Virus record (IMG/VR): IMGVR_UViG_3300015607_004069
Span: 117,659-181,658 of that record
Origin: a virus
Lineage: Duplodnaviria; Caudoviricetes
Strand: one strand, 5' to 3'
Length of the DNA: 64,000 bases
The position numbers were made by a program, and so were the translations under genes. The notes beneath the pieces are model-generated. The model had not been told where the DNA came from and did not search any database. It saw only the letters and a list, made by a program, of their open reading frames with translations. Positions 19,216-29,634 of the stretch are shown in pieces. Numbering within the stretch: the stretch's first letter is position 1; each line of letters begins with the position of its first letter.

Positions 19216-22200
19216 TTATAACTTTGGCACCGCACCAATGTTGAGCATGTTCGGAATACTCCCGTCCATCCTCCATGGAGATCCGAACACTTCCGAAAAT
19301 GGCGCAACTGTTTCCAGAGTCGCAGACTCACCACCATACTCATCAGCTTCTACAGAACAATTCATGCGGATGGAGTAAGGCCTGCGACTAGCTGTGCCAT
19401 TGTACCAAGTTCCATCAGTCCCATCATGGTTCGCCACATAAATAGCAGAACCCATAGTAAATAAGACATTAAAAGTCCCGGCGAATATGGGCATGCCCAG
19501 AGCCGACATTATCTCTGATTTTTCGCTAGTACCAGATGCCACAAAGCTGAATTCGCCTACATCACTTGGATAACCATCGATAACATCAGTAAACAAGCCG
19601 GTAGAACTGTCATACACAGCAGTATCAAATAGCGGGCGATCTGTCACGATTGTTTCTGACTCAGTATAAGTAGTAGTCGGATTGTCATATGGTCTTGGGC
19701 TATTGTTAGAATAAACTGCATGCCAAATGTTACTGTCGTCAGAAACAGTAGATGAACTGCTGCCGGACATATTGTCAATATCTGGCGGCAGACCATTCCC
19801 TAATACGGTAAACGGCTCGGTATCGAACACCAGTTGTTCATCTTCCCCGTTCTGAATCAATCTTGCATTGAGGAAATTAGCAGATGAATTGCATCCACCC
19901 TGATCCCAAGGCCGCTTACTATAAATGGGACTTACGAAATCAGTCAGTAGGTTCCTCATCATGACAAGCCTGCAATTCTGAAACTGCAGACTCGGAATAG
20001 TAATGTTGAGTGAATTGGGAGTAAGAGCCAGATTGCTTTCTGGACGAATGTCATCAAGACCGGGCCGATTGCTGAAACACAATATAACCGATTTATTCAT
20101 GCTGGCGATAATTCTGCCGAGCCAGCTTTTTGGCTTACCGTTATTATTAAAGTCAGGCAGAAGGTTCTGATTAAAGCCTAGTTTACCACCGCTGAATGTC
20201 AGGTTGCGCTTGACAGTATTGTCAACATTGACCATAAGATTCATACCAGTCTTGCTATATAAATTGCTTGGACTGACATAATACCAGTATGAACCACTGC
20301 CTAAGGTGGCTGTACGACAAGAAATGACTCCGAGATCATATTGCTCTTCTAAAGGCACTCGATGAGTCGTTGACAGTTCGTCCTCTACTCGGCCTTTGAA
20401 ACACCAGTCAGATGTAACTGATGGTGCACAGACAAATCCATAACCACTGTAATATTTCATGGCTTCAGCGACAATATGCTTGTCCAAAGCATCGACTTTG
20501 CCGACTACTGTAGTGTTTATATGATCGTCGTCATTGGGTGGAACCAGATTGGCTGGTGACTGCCCGACCTGCAGTGAATTCGCTCCTATTCCGGGAATGA
20601 CATCCAAGGCATCTTCTTCAGTCCTCGAATCCTTTATGATGATGCTCTGACCATACTTCATATAGCCACAGGCATCAGGGGATGATGTCGGCAGATTGAT
20701 GATGATGGAATGAGTGAAATCCCTTTCTGACAATAGCTGATATGCTTCGTATTCTGCAGTCGCACCATTGATGACATGGGTTCGATAGGCATAGTCTTCT
20801 GATTTGAATCCGCTCAATTCCAATGGGCTGTCAATGCAAGATCCGCTAGGAAAATAGGGGATTACAGCGGGTGGCACTTGCTGCACACCAGCATCAACAT
20901 CAAATCGCTGTGTGACATCATATCCAACGCACCAGTCACCGACCATATATGTCTCTTCAAAGACACTCAAATATCGGAATGCTCTAAGAAGACTATGGGC
21001 AGCTTTCACTCTGTAAATGAAGTCGAGTAGGAACCCAAGAATGCTAGCGTCAGTAGGTAAAAGATTATCGATCTTAGATAGAATCTGAACATCGAAATAA
21101 TTCGACCGTCTGTTTTCCAAGGCGGCTGGTAGATTTATCTTGATGCGTTCATAGACTGCAACGCTATAAACTACACTCGTGCCATCGAATTCAACATACC
21201 TGTCATAGCTCAATGAAATCAGGTTCTTTTCTATATCCATAGTAGCGTTGACAGTACTTATTGGACCGCCATCGCCCACTATCATGGAGCTAGCTACTAT
21301 GCCATTGGCCATTCTCATCAGGCTGTAGTTGATCAGGCCTTCTGCTCTGGTCAGCTGTTCTATTTCAACAAGATCATCAGTGGTAGCGAACCCAGAAGAA
21401 TCTACACTGTTTACAGACCCTGTTAATGGCCCAATGGACCCATTGGTTGTCAAATAGTCTCTGATTCGATTTTCAGCGACGCTGTCTTTAGCTACCAGAA
21501 AGGAGTGGATGGTAACTGAGCCGCTGTCTTTATTGGATTTGAACGGATCAACGCCATCTAGGCTCTGTGGTCGATATACCAGAGGAATAATAGATTGGCC
21601 GAAACCATCGACCTCAGTGGCTACTAGAAGCGGATCGACTACACCATCGGTTTCTAATGTGAAGTCCGGGTATTCATCAGGCCCGATAGTGTCATTTTTT
21701 GTATAGGTGGTAGCGCCTGGAATGAAATAAAGATTATTGACTAATACAGTAAAGCCGAATAAATTGAAAAGTCTATTGATGGCAGTGATGCTACCTCTTG
21801 TCTTTTGAATCTCGGCCAGTGACAGCAGCACTGCTTTTCTTAGATCATCTGCCGATTTTGGAAAGAACGGAATGTCCCAGCCTAAGGTTGGCACCAGATA
21901 GGGGACAAGCGGAAATTGGATGTCTCTTACCCAATTTATGGATTGTAAGAATCCCTGCTCATCGAATATGTCCTGCAATGAGTCCAAAACAGGCCGAAAG
22001 AGGTCGATGGTTGGTTCTTTATCGAGGGTTGCACCGCTGAAGTCAATAGGGACTAAACCGTTGACGAAATCAGCCAGCACGTCGCCCGGATGGTTGAAAG
22101 GAATTCTGCATGAACTGGGGACAATATTATCAGTCACACAGACAATATTGTTGCCGTCTCGTGTCAGTATTCTCTGGTTGTAGTTGAGCGAATATTCCAG

Positions 22201-22740
22201 TGAATAATAGCCATTTGGCAGGCCGACTGTTTCAAACAGAATATTGCTTAGATCAAAGTAATCAACATCTTGAAACCATACAATCTTGTCAAATACGCCC
22301 GATGCCAGTGTCAGATACATCCGATCACCGTCTTTGACGTTTTCTGCGACAATCAGATTGTTATTGGAATCATAGAAATCTTGTATGCTGGTATCGATCT
22401 GAAGCGATAATAGTTCTACGGCATCGATAGTCTTGATGTATACGATTTCTTCTGGGAACCTTTCGCCTACATGGTCATGGCCGTTTACAAAGGGGCGATC
22501 TGGTGCTCCTAACACCCTGATGGTGAGGCTTTCTGGTAGAGTTCCAGCTACTTCAAGACCTTCTTTTGTTCTACGACCGGGGATGGTCAGGACTACAGGG
22601 TATCCAAATGGCTTCCATGCAGTTCTGTCATTGTTATTTGGAAAAAGGGTGTAACTAGGTAGTACACGAGAGGCTAGGCTGCTGGTTCCAGACCATGTTA
22701 ATAGACCGTAGTTGTTTAGTGGTTTATCTTGGCTTGCCAT
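19216..22740 (-). CDS. large baseplate/tail protein with Tail_P2_I-like domain
   Basis: LVPYLVPTLGWDIP...DDLRKAV...IQKTRGSITAINRLFNLFGF resembles the P2 gpI-type wedge motif. Confidence 0.75.
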   Translation of the reverse strand: MASQDKPLNNYGLLTWSGTSSLASRVLPSYTLFPNNNDRTAWKPFGYPVVLTIPGRRTKEGLEVAGTLPESLTIRVLGAPDRPFVNGHDHVGERFPEEIVYIKTIDAVELLSLQIDTSIQDFYDSNNNLIVAENVKDGDRMYLTLASGVFDKIVWFQDVDYFDLSNILFETVGLPNGYYSLEYSLNYNQRILTRDGNNIVCVTDNIVPSSCRIPFNHPGDVLADFVNGLVPIDFSGATLDKEPTIDLFRPVLDSLQDIFDEQGFLQSINWVRDIQFPLVPYLVPTLGWDIPFFPKSADDLRKAVLLSLAEIQKTRGSITAINRLFNLFGFTVLVNNLYFIPGATTYTKNDTIGPDEYPDFTLETDGVVDPLLVATEVDGFGQSIIPLVYRPQSLDGVDPFKSNKDSGSVTIHSFLVAKDSVAENRIRDYLTTNGSIGPLTGSVNSVDSSGFATTDDLVEIEQLTRAEGLINYSLMRMANGIVASSMIVGDGGPISTVNATMDIEKNLISLSYDRYVEFDGTSVVYSVAVYERIKINLPAALENRRSNYFDVQILSKIDNLLPTDASILGFLLDFIYRVKAAHSLLRAFRYLSVFEETYMVGDWCVGYDVTQRFDVDAGVQQVPPAVIPYFPSGSCIDSPLELSGFKSEDYAYRTHVINGATAEYEAYQLLSERDFTHSIIINLPTSSPDACGYMKYGQSIIIKDSRTEEDALDVIPGIGANSLQVGQSPANLVPPNDDDHINTTVVGKVDALDKHIVAEAMKYYSGYGFVCAPSVTSDWCFKGRVEDELSTTHRVPLEEQYDLGVISCRTATLGSGSYWYYVSPSNLYSKTGMNLMVNVDNTVKRNLTFSGGKLGFNQNLLPDFNNNGKPKSWLGRIIASMNKSVILCFSNRPGLDDIRPESNLALTPNSLNITIPSLQFQNCRLVMMRNLLTDFVSPIYSKRPWDQGGCNSSANFLNARLIQNGEDEQLVFDTEPFTVLGNGLPPDIDNMSGSSSSTVSDDSNIWHAVYSNNSPRPYDNPTTTYTESETIVTDRPLFDTAVYDSSTGLFTDVIDGYPSDVGEFSFVASGTSEKSEIMSALGMPIFAGTFNVLFTMGSAIYVANHDGTDGTWYNGTASRRPYSIRMNCSVEADEYGGESATLETVAPFSEVFGSPWRMDGSIPNMLNIGAVPKL

Positions 22741-22785
22741 ATAGAAGTACCGAGGGTATCAATACTCTATATTACCAGCGAACCA

Positions 22786-23427
22786 TCAAAGAATGATTTT
22801 TCTAGTCTTTGGTTGTTCTTGCTTGCGGAAATTCTTGATTGACTCTAACTTACGGGTGCGCTCTAAGGATTCGACCATAATGTTGATCTTACTCATTTCT
22901 GAATCATTTAAACCTTCACATTTTACCATGATGCCCGGTATGTTATGATTATAGACCCAGAAGGCTATTTTGGTATTGTCCATGATTTTGTTGGCCAGCT
23001 GTTTATTGCCTTGACCTTTGAAATACCCAGCCGCTTCTATAAGATCGAAAGGCCGTCTGGACCATTTGATTAGCGTATCAAACGAAATTGAAACTTTATC
23101 AATGTCCTTTTCGGATGGTGCCGGAGGCAGAACAAAATCAGTGTTAACTACTAGCTTATTGATTTCTAGCCTCTCATGCAGTTCGCCTGAGAAGAACATT
23201 TTGAATTGTTTCTTGTCATCAATATAGACTTTGACAGTGTTGACAAGGTTAGCTACCTTGTCTATGATCTCTTGTTTGTCGCTGGCAAATAGATGTCTGA
23301 TAGCCGTAAAGAATTCGCCAATGGGAACAAATGCGAATTGAAAATCGGCCAGAGCCATGATCTGATTTTCGTCGGGCTTGACTTCATCTATTTCTTTGAC
23401 TGTTTCGATTTTGCTCGGCGATGTCAT
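22786..23427 (-). CDS. hypothetical protein
   Basis: 213-aa ORF. Confidence 0.65.
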   Translation of the reverse strand: MTSPSKIETVKEIDEVKPDENQIMALADFQFAFVPIGEFFTAIRHLFASDKQEIIDKVANLVNTVKVYIDDKKQFKMFFSGELHERLEINKLVVNTDFVLPPAPSEKDIDKVSISFDTLIKWSRRPFDLIEAAGYFKGQGNKQLANKIMDNTKIAFWVYNHNIPGIMVKCEGLNDSEMSKINIMVESLERTRKLESIKNFRKQEQPKTRKIIL

Positions 23428-23450
23428 ATTGCAATCCTAGAGTTGTCACT

Positions 23451-23975
23451 CTAGATACAATCGAGAGTAATAAGAGTCTTATTGCTGTCCGTATCCGACC
23501 ATACTATGTGTTTTACGATGATGGTTCTGCCGGTTATATTATTAGGCATTCCGATATAGTTTTTGGCCTTTCCCTTGTTGAGATAGGATAAGGTAGCATG
23601 CGGACGAAATTCGTCATATTTATAATCATTTGGGAATATGGTTTTAATGGATTCGTGAATTTGGTGTAATGTCGGGCAATCTACAATATCGAATTTTAAG
23701 ACATCGTGCTTGGGGCTGGTTTCGAATGAAGTAATGTCACCAAATTGCATGGCGAACGGTCTTATGGCTTTCAAGGCTCGTAGAACCAGATTTTTGTATC
23801 GGTCATCAAGTCCATAGAGCACTGTCACATGATGGTGGTCTTCTAGTCCGTCATTGGCTTCTTCTACAAACAGGTCTTTCTGGTCGATCTTCTTTTGAAC
23901 TTCATATATGGCTTTAGAAGTCACAGGAGGGATGTTTATCAAAATACAGGCATATTTTCTAGGTCGGTCGGACAT
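23451..23975 (-). CDS. 2H phosphoesterase, T4 gp57B/Acb1-like
   Basis: two HxT motifs: HVTVLYGL and FRPHATLSY. Confidence 0.8.
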   Translation of the reverse strand: MSDRPRKYACILINIPPVTSKAIYEVQKKIDQKDLFVEEANDGLEDHHHVTVLYGLDDRYKNLVLRALKAIRPFAMQFGDITSFETSPKHDVLKFDIVDCPTLHQIHESIKTIFPNDYKYDEFRPHATLSYLNKGKAKNYIGMPNNITGRTIIVKHIVWSDTDSNKTLITLDCI

Positions 23976-24039
23976 TACTTAAAATGCCTCCAGCCAAACT
24001 TTTAGTACACACTATCTATCTTTATCAAGGGAAGACGTT

Positions 24040-25017
24040 ATGCCAAGATTAGTTTTCGTGTACGCAGGGTCACCAGATGAACAGAGGCGACAGTCACCCT
24101 ATAGCATAACCCGCAATCTCTATTCTTTTTTCAAAAATAAAGGCCTTGATGTAGTTTATAAAAACTGGACTGATAGCGGCGTTGGTTTTCAAGTCGATAA
24201 GAACGATATTGTTCTAGGGCATCCGGCATACGATCAGTCTTCCATAATTCAACATATATTCAGATCAGGTCAGAAATGCAAGGCCAAGATACTAATTCAT
24301 CCCTTGCATCTGAATTTCGTCGAAGACAACTTACCTTTTGATGATCTATGGAAGTCTTGCGATGCCGGTATTGCCATCACTGGCAAATACTGGTATGATA
24401 TGCTAGAGAAATCAAAATTCGCACACTGGAAGCCAAAAATGACACGCATCGACATGGCTGTCGATCATGAGATATACAAATGGTATAAAAAGGATATCGG
24501 TTTCAGAGTCGAAGGCACAAGAGAACTGGTATACATTGGCAGCAGCACACATAATAAGAACCTCTGGTATCTGACCAACATCATGCGTGCTATGCCGACC
24601 GTCAAATTGAACTGGTTCGGTGGTTCTTCTGATCATTCTCTTGCCAAATTACCTAATGTCACAACCACTGGCTGGCAGGAATTGAATGATGACGTATTGA
24701 AGCAAATATGTGGTAGCAGTGATATTTTCGTCAACGTCAGTATTAGCGATGCCAATCCGACAAGCTTAATAGAAGCGGCTTCTATTGGATTGGTTATTGC
24801 CTGCACTAAGGAAAGTGGTTACTATAATGATCCGATGGTTACTAATTTACCACTTGACGATGTTGACGGGGCCGTATCTAAGATTACTGAACTGCTATTA
24901 TTGCCAATCTCGGAAATGGAAAAACGAAGCACTTATAATCGTCAAGAAATTGAAAAGAAGTATAATTGGAATGTCTTCTGTAATATGGTTTGGTCAGTGG
25001 TCAATAAATTTATATAA
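24040..25017 (+). CDS. GT4-like (GT-B) glycosyltransferase
   Basis: LVYIGS..HNKN, SDIFVNVSISDANPTSLIEAASIG (D/E-x7-E), YNWNVF. Confidence 0.85.
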   Translation: MPRLVFVYAGSPDEQRRQSPYSITRNLYSFFKNKGLDVVYKNWTDSGVGFQVDKNDIVLGHPAYDQSSIIQHIFRSGQKCKAKILIHPLHLNFVEDNLPFDDLWKSCDAGIAITGKYWYDMLEKSKFAHWKPKMTRIDMAVDHEIYKWYKKDIGFRVEGTRELVYIGSSTHNKNLWYLTNIMRAMPTVKLNWFGGSSDHSLAKLPNVTTTGWQELNDDVLKQICGSSDIFVNVSISDANPTSLIEAASIGLVIACTKESGYYNDPMVTNLPLDDVDGAVSKITELLLLPISEMEKRSTYNRQEIEKKYNWNVFCNMVWSVVNKFI

Positions 25018-25038
25018 TCATTCTGCTAGGAGATCGAC

Positions 25039-26838
25039 ATGGCCGATCTCCTAGCAGAGTTTGTTGAAAAAGCAAAACGAATTCATGGCGACAAGTTTGA
25101 CTATTCTAAAGCTATATATACTAATAATAAGGCTAGAATAGAGATAGTCTGCCCTATGCATGGTTCTTTTTGGCAAACTCCATCCAGACATCTTAGCAGT
25201 CGTGGATGCGAAAAATGTAGAAAATTGTCATTTTCAAGTTTAGACGCTTTTATTAAAAAAGCTAATCTCGTGCACTCTAATAAGTATGATTATTCCAAAG
25301 CCAACTATATAGATAACGATACTGAGTTGGAAATTATTTGTCCAGAACATGGGTCATTCTTTAGAAGACCACGGACTCATTGCTGTGAGGCTGGGTGTCC
25401 GACATGTGACAATCTTAAACGATCTAAATCGACAAAATTTGGCAGGCTAGAAAAAGCCAGAAGAAAATTTGGCGACAGATTCAGATATGTTCTAGTTAAA
25501 ACCAGTCAATACGAGATATATTGTGCTGAGCATGGTTTAATTGACATGACACTGTCCGCCCATTTGCATTCTAAATTTGGATGCGCATTATGTTATGAAA
25601 AATCGAGACGGCATAGTGTTGATACGTTTATTGACAATGCTAAGAAAATTCATGGCGATATTTATGATTATAGCAAAGTCACTTTTTCTAATACATCAGA
25701 TAAAGTAGAAATCATATGTTATAAACATGGCTCTTTCTTTCAGAAAGTCGGCCCGCATATTTATGAAGGCAAAGGATGTAAAAAGTGTGCAGATAGGACC
25801 ATAGGAAAAGAAGAGTTTATTAGGCGTTCTAAATTGATTCACGGTGAAAGATATGACTACTCTAAAGTCATATATCGTAGCGTCAATCATCATGTTATTA
25901 TTGGTTGCCCAGAGCATGGCAATTTTCGACAGCGCGCTATATATCATTTATCCGGTAATATCGGATGTCCAAAATGCAATTCGTCTAGTATACAAGAGAA
26001 AGTGCGAACCTATATCAGTTCGATTTATGCTGGTGAAGTAATCGAAACTAGTCGTTCGATCATTCCACCATTTGAATTAGATTTCTATCTGCCAGAAAAG
26101 AATTTCGCAATTGAGGTCAATGGTAATTTCTTTCATTCATTTAATAACTTGGAAACATTAAAACAGAAGTTTAGGCATCATCGAAAAGCGACGCTATGCC
26201 ATGAAAAGAACATAACGCTATTTCAGATGACAGAGCATGAAATTAGTGAAAAATGGGATATATTAAAATCGATGATTAATCATCACCTTGGTATGTCCAA
26301 GAGAATTGGAGCTAGAAAATGCAGGATTAAAGAAATATTGGCACACGATTGCAGGGCATTCCTGCAAAGAACTCATATAGCCGGTTTTAATGGTGCGACT
26401 AAATATTATGGCTTATTTCTCGATAATCAATTGATACTAGTGTGTTCATTTATCAAGAGAGACAACAAATGGGAAATAATGAGATTAGCTACCGAATTGG
26501 GTTATAGCATAGCCGGTGGATTTGGAAAAATATTAAAATACTTCATTAAACACGAGAAACCAACTTTGATTTATACATATGCAGATAGGCGATGGTCTAA
26601 AAATGCCGGCGCTTATCAGACACAAGGTTTTAAATTGATCAAAATCACCAAACCGGGATATGTTTATTTAGATAAATCAGGAAAGTTTGCCGGTTCACGT
26701 CAGAGATTTCAAAAACATAAGCTGCCCGAAATTCTTAATAACTATGATAAATCATTAACTGAAGCAGAGAATATGTTTAATCACGGTTATAGGAGGCTGT
26801 GGGATGCTGGGCATTTTAAATTAGAGCTGAGATTATAG
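25039..26838 (+). CDS. Hef-like homing endonuclease: DUF723-type Zn-ribbon repeats, PD-(D/E)xK-type nuclease, C-terminal GNAT-like domain
   Basis: five HGxxYDYSK...CPxHG.F.Q....H....GCxxC-type repeats; ELDFYLPEKNFAIEVNGNFFH; TYADRRWS...WDAG. Confidence 0.8.
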   Translation: MADLLAEFVEKAKRIHGDKFDYSKAIYTNNKARIEIVCPMHGSFWQTPSRHLSSRGCEKCRKLSFSSLDAFIKKANLVHSNKYDYSKANYIDNDTELEIICPEHGSFFRRPRTHCCEAGCPTCDNLKRSKSTKFGRLEKARRKFGDRFRYVLVKTSQYEIYCAEHGLIDMTLSAHLHSKFGCALCYEKSRRHSVDTFIDNAKKIHGDIYDYSKVTFSNTSDKVEIICYKHGSFFQKVGPHIYEGKGCKKCADRTIGKEEFIRRSKLIHGERYDYSKVIYRSVNHHVIIGCPEHGNFRQRAIYHLSGNIGCPKCNSSSIQEKVRTYISSIYAGEVIETSRSIIPPFELDFYLPEKNFAIEVNGNFFHSFNNLETLKQKFRHHRKATLCHEKNITLFQMTEHEISEKWDILKSMINHHLGMSKRIGARKCRIKEILAHDCRAFLQRTHIAGFNGATKYYGLFLDNQLILVCSFIKRDNKWEIMRLATELGYSIAGGFGKILKYFIKHEKPTLIYTYADRRWSKNAGAYQTQGFKLIKITKPGYVYLDKSGKFAGSRQRFQKHKLPEILNNYDKSLTEAENMFNHGYRRLWDAGHFKLELRL

Positions 26839-26876
26839 TATTGCCGCTGCATTCCCTACTATGGAGTGCAGCGGCA

Positions 26877-27458
26877 ATGTATTTAGATCATCGTGAATGC
26901 AATCGAACATCTTGGAAATACGAGTACCTAGGGTCTGAACTTCTTGAGTCGGTTAAAAAACTACATGCCAAGCTTTCGGAAAAAGAAATAAAATTACGCC
27001 AAGAAATGTCCAAATGCATGTCCGATCTATCATCGACCGTAACCGGCAAGGCCATAGACGAACTGAAAAAGAATCTGGAACGGACAGCTATGACGGTAGA
27101 AGAGTGCCTTGTCTGGATGCATGAATTCGAACAGCGTCCGAATACCACCTACCTGTTAACTCAAAGTGACGTTGTCTTCTTTGGTTATCCAAAAAAGGCA
27201 CCAGTGCCAAAGCCGCCTGTGCCAAAAGCAATAGGTGAATATATGCCTCCTTTTAATAAGTCGCTTACGGTGCTGGAGAATCAGATAATCCAATTCATGG
27301 CAGACAATGTGGCACGAGACACTTTTTCAATTATAAAACATATTGAGGGTATTCATGGTAATCTGTACTCCCATCATGAAATATTCAATATGATCTTTAA
27401 ACTGATTGGTAATGGCTATCTTATTACTACAGTGGATAGTCGCGTTCAACATCGTTAA
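26877..27458 (+). CDS. hypothetical protein
   Basis: coiled-coil N-half, Pro-rich linker, possible winged-helix end. Confidence 0.6.
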   Translation: MYLDHRECNRTSWKYEYLGSELLESVKKLHAKLSEKEIKLRQEMSKCMSDLSSTVTGKAIDELKKNLERTAMTVEECLVWMHEFEQRPNTTYLLTQSDVVFFGYPKKAPVPKPPVPKAIGEYMPPFNKSLTVLENQIIQFMADNVARDTFSIIKHIEGIHGNLYSHHEIFNMIFKLIGNGYLITTVDSRVQHR

Positions 27459-28126
27459 CGTCTATTGAACTCATCCCAGAACATATTCCAAGGTAACATC
27501 TTAGTGTGCCTGATGCGTCTATGACCACCGGGCACATATAATAATAAGGTCTGATTAGGTTGTTCTTCTATGGCTAGCCTGACTTTATCTATCGATTTTT
27601 CTAACTGATGGACGAACTGTCTTTTGAATGGATCTGGATGATCGATCAGCATATAATATGAATACCCAAAGTCCAGCATGTACGGCAGAACCAGATCTAG
27701 ATTAGTTGACTGCACTGTAATAAGCACTATTGGCATACAGGTACAGATCACATTTTTCAGGGTCTGTAATGCTTCTGGTTCATTGTCAATTCTGATCAAA
27801 TCGACCATCCTATTCGTATCATTTAACTGTGATACTGTCTCTTTGACGATTTGTGCTTTCGCCAGATGATCTGAATATTCTTCACTCTCACAGGCCACAA
27901 CGATTCTGTTGGCGGCATATTTGTAAGACTGAGAATATATGCCGTCTTTTCCTCCAATATCATAGATGTAGTGTGATTCTAGAGGCTGTGGGATGGCGCT
28001 CAGCATTTCAAGAGTGGTCTGGATTTCCAAATCATTGTAATATCCGCCTGCCATCATTGCCGCCTGATAGGTAGGTGACCTGTGGCTGGATTCTACCAGC
28101 GTTACTCCGCTATGTAATTGAAGCAT
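27455..28126 (-). CDS. FkbM-like SAM methyltransferase (divergent)
   Basis: IYDIGGKDGIYS, VVACE, VDLIRIDNE. Confidence 0.6.
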   Translation of the reverse strand: MLQLHSGVTLVESSHRSPTYQAAMMAGGYYNDLEIQTTLEMLSAIPQPLESHYIYDIGGKDGIYSQSYKYAANRIVVACESEEYSDHLAKAQIVKETVSQLNDTNRMVDLIRIDNEPEALQTLKNVICTCMPIVLITVQSTNLDLVLPYMLDFGYSYYMLIDHPDPFKRQFVHQLEKSIDKVRLAIEEQPNQTLLLYVPGGHRRIRHTKMLPWNMFWDEFNRR

Positions 28127-28129
28127 GTT

Positions 28130-28687
28130 CTAGATTCTCTTGAAAAATGCCAGACCAACACTGGCCGGTGGGGTGATGATGTTATAAAGCATCCATTTAT
28201 CGCTTTTACCGATGACGTTCTTTAATTTCGAAACCTTCACAGATTCTTCATTAAGCCAGTCATGAGCAGCGAAAACACTTCCTGGTGCCATAAGTGATTC
28301 AATCATTTTGAAATCCTGAACTGCCAAATCAGGATCTTCAGGGCCGTCCGCAAAAAAGAAATCAACTTTGATTTTCTTACTGATTAAATCTTTGATGAGT
28401 TCTGTTGATGTTTTCTTGTGTAATGTGAGTCTGGGAAGAAATTGTTGGCCTGTAGTTGCATAGTATTCTGCTGCGATCTTGTGCATCGCGCTGTCAGGTT
28501 CACAGGTGTGCAAGAAGCCCTTTTGATTGATGTCCAGTGCACTGACAATTTGCAGGGTACTGCCTGCTCCTTTCCATGTTCCTACTTCGACACAGATTTC
28601 TGGTTTCATCTGAAGTATTGTCTGATGAAGAGCGGTACGTTCTGCTGGCAAAAGCTGACCAATCTCTGAATTAAATTGACCGTACAT
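28130..28687 (-). CDS. class I SAM-dependent methyltransferase (Methyltransf_24-like)
   Basis: VEVGTWKGAGST, DFFFADG, LMAPGSVFAAHDW. Confidence 0.85.
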   Translation of the reverse strand: MYGQFNSEIGQLLPAERTALHQTILQMKPEICVEVGTWKGAGSTLQIVSALDINQKGFLHTCEPDSAMHKIAAEYYATTGQQFLPRLTLHKKTSTELIKDLISKKIKVDFFFADGPEDPDLAVQDFKMIESLMAPGSVFAAHDWLNEESVKVSKLKNVIGKSDKWMLYNIITPPASVGLAFFKRI

Positions 28688-28696
28688 TACCGCTCC

Positions 28697-29233
28697 TTAT
28701 AAACCGTGTGTTATCTTGAAATTATCTAGCGATTCGAGCAGAAATTCTTCAATACAATGGATCTTATCACTATTCTTATTATATGGTGCTGGAACTAATA
28801 CCCCATGACCACCAGCGGCTGTAAAGCTGTCAATGTTATAATCATTATCGTCAATCAGTAAGACACCGGGATGAGCTAGTTCTGCCTTTTCTAGACAGCA
28901 AATGACCTTTTTGGCAAATACTGGTGATAATTTGGTGACCCATTCCGTCTTTCCTTCCCATCCGAAAGTGTATTTTATTGGCTTCGACAGAAAGGAAATA
29001 TTGTCTATACCAAATACTTCGATGGTTTTATTGATGAGTAGGTCACACCATGGTGTCTTTTCGAGATTGGACCAAAACAAATCATTGATCTTGAAGGCCT
29101 GAGTGAAGCTCATTCCCCACTCTTCATAGAAATCATAGTCATACTTGCCGGTAGGTAAAGGCTGGCGGTGGTACTCGCACAGTCCTTTAACCAAATTGCC
29201 CAATACGCCATCAAGATCTAGGAAGCATTTCAT
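28697..29233 (-). CDS. HAD-family 5'(3')-deoxyribonucleotidase
   Basis: FLDLDGVL, LIDDNDYNI, PAPYN; start moved to MKCFLD. Confidence 0.85.
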   Translation of the reverse strand: MKCFLDLDGVLGNLVKGLCEYHRQPLPTGKYDYDFYEEWGMSFTQAFKINDLFWSNLEKTPWCDLLINKTIEVFGIDNISFLSKPIKYTFGWEGKTEWVTKLSPVFAKKVICCLEKAELAHPGVLLIDDNDYNIDSFTAAGGHGVLVPAPYNKNSDKIHCIEEFLLESLDNFKITHGL

Positions 29234-29349
29234 TGACTTTGACCTAAGCCTAGATAAAGCATTTTTGACTCTGTATTTAAACTGGCTTATCACCAGTTTA
29301 TAGATCAATAGTATTTATAAATATCAAATACAACACATGAAGGCCAAAT

Positions 29350-29634
29350 ATGAAAAAGCTCAAAAAAGCCAAGCCGGGCATGCCCAGAGACTGGATAAAG
29401 ATAGAAAGAACAGCCAGAAGATTATCATCTATATCATCAGTATACGTTAACGACATTAATGGAAAAGTAGCAGCCATTATAAAATCAGGAGCCACAAAAG
29501 AAGCTATCAAAAGCGAATTCAATAAGTCCATGCCACCAGAGAGCCTTATTATATTAAATAAGGTCACCGACACATTGAAGGAAATCGGCTGGAGAAAATT
29601 ATGGCCAAGATCAAATAAGAACCGCGTTGCATAA
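29350..29634 (+). CDS. hypothetical basic protein
   Basis: 94 aa; upstream TATAAATA, T4-late-like. Confidence 0.5.
   Translation: MKKLKKAKPGMPRDWIKIERTARRLSSISSVYVNDINGKVAAIIKSGATKEAIKSEFNKSMPPESLIILNKVTDTLKEIGWRKLWPRSNKNRVA

Noticed and set aside
6240-28132. Possible TAG read-through or recoding (open frame after the GNAT TAG; two MTases in frame across TAG at 28130)
   Set aside because: Other TAG-ending genes (def, Hef-like nuclease, 2H enzyme) stop at natural domain ends, and long genes are not fragmented in code 11.
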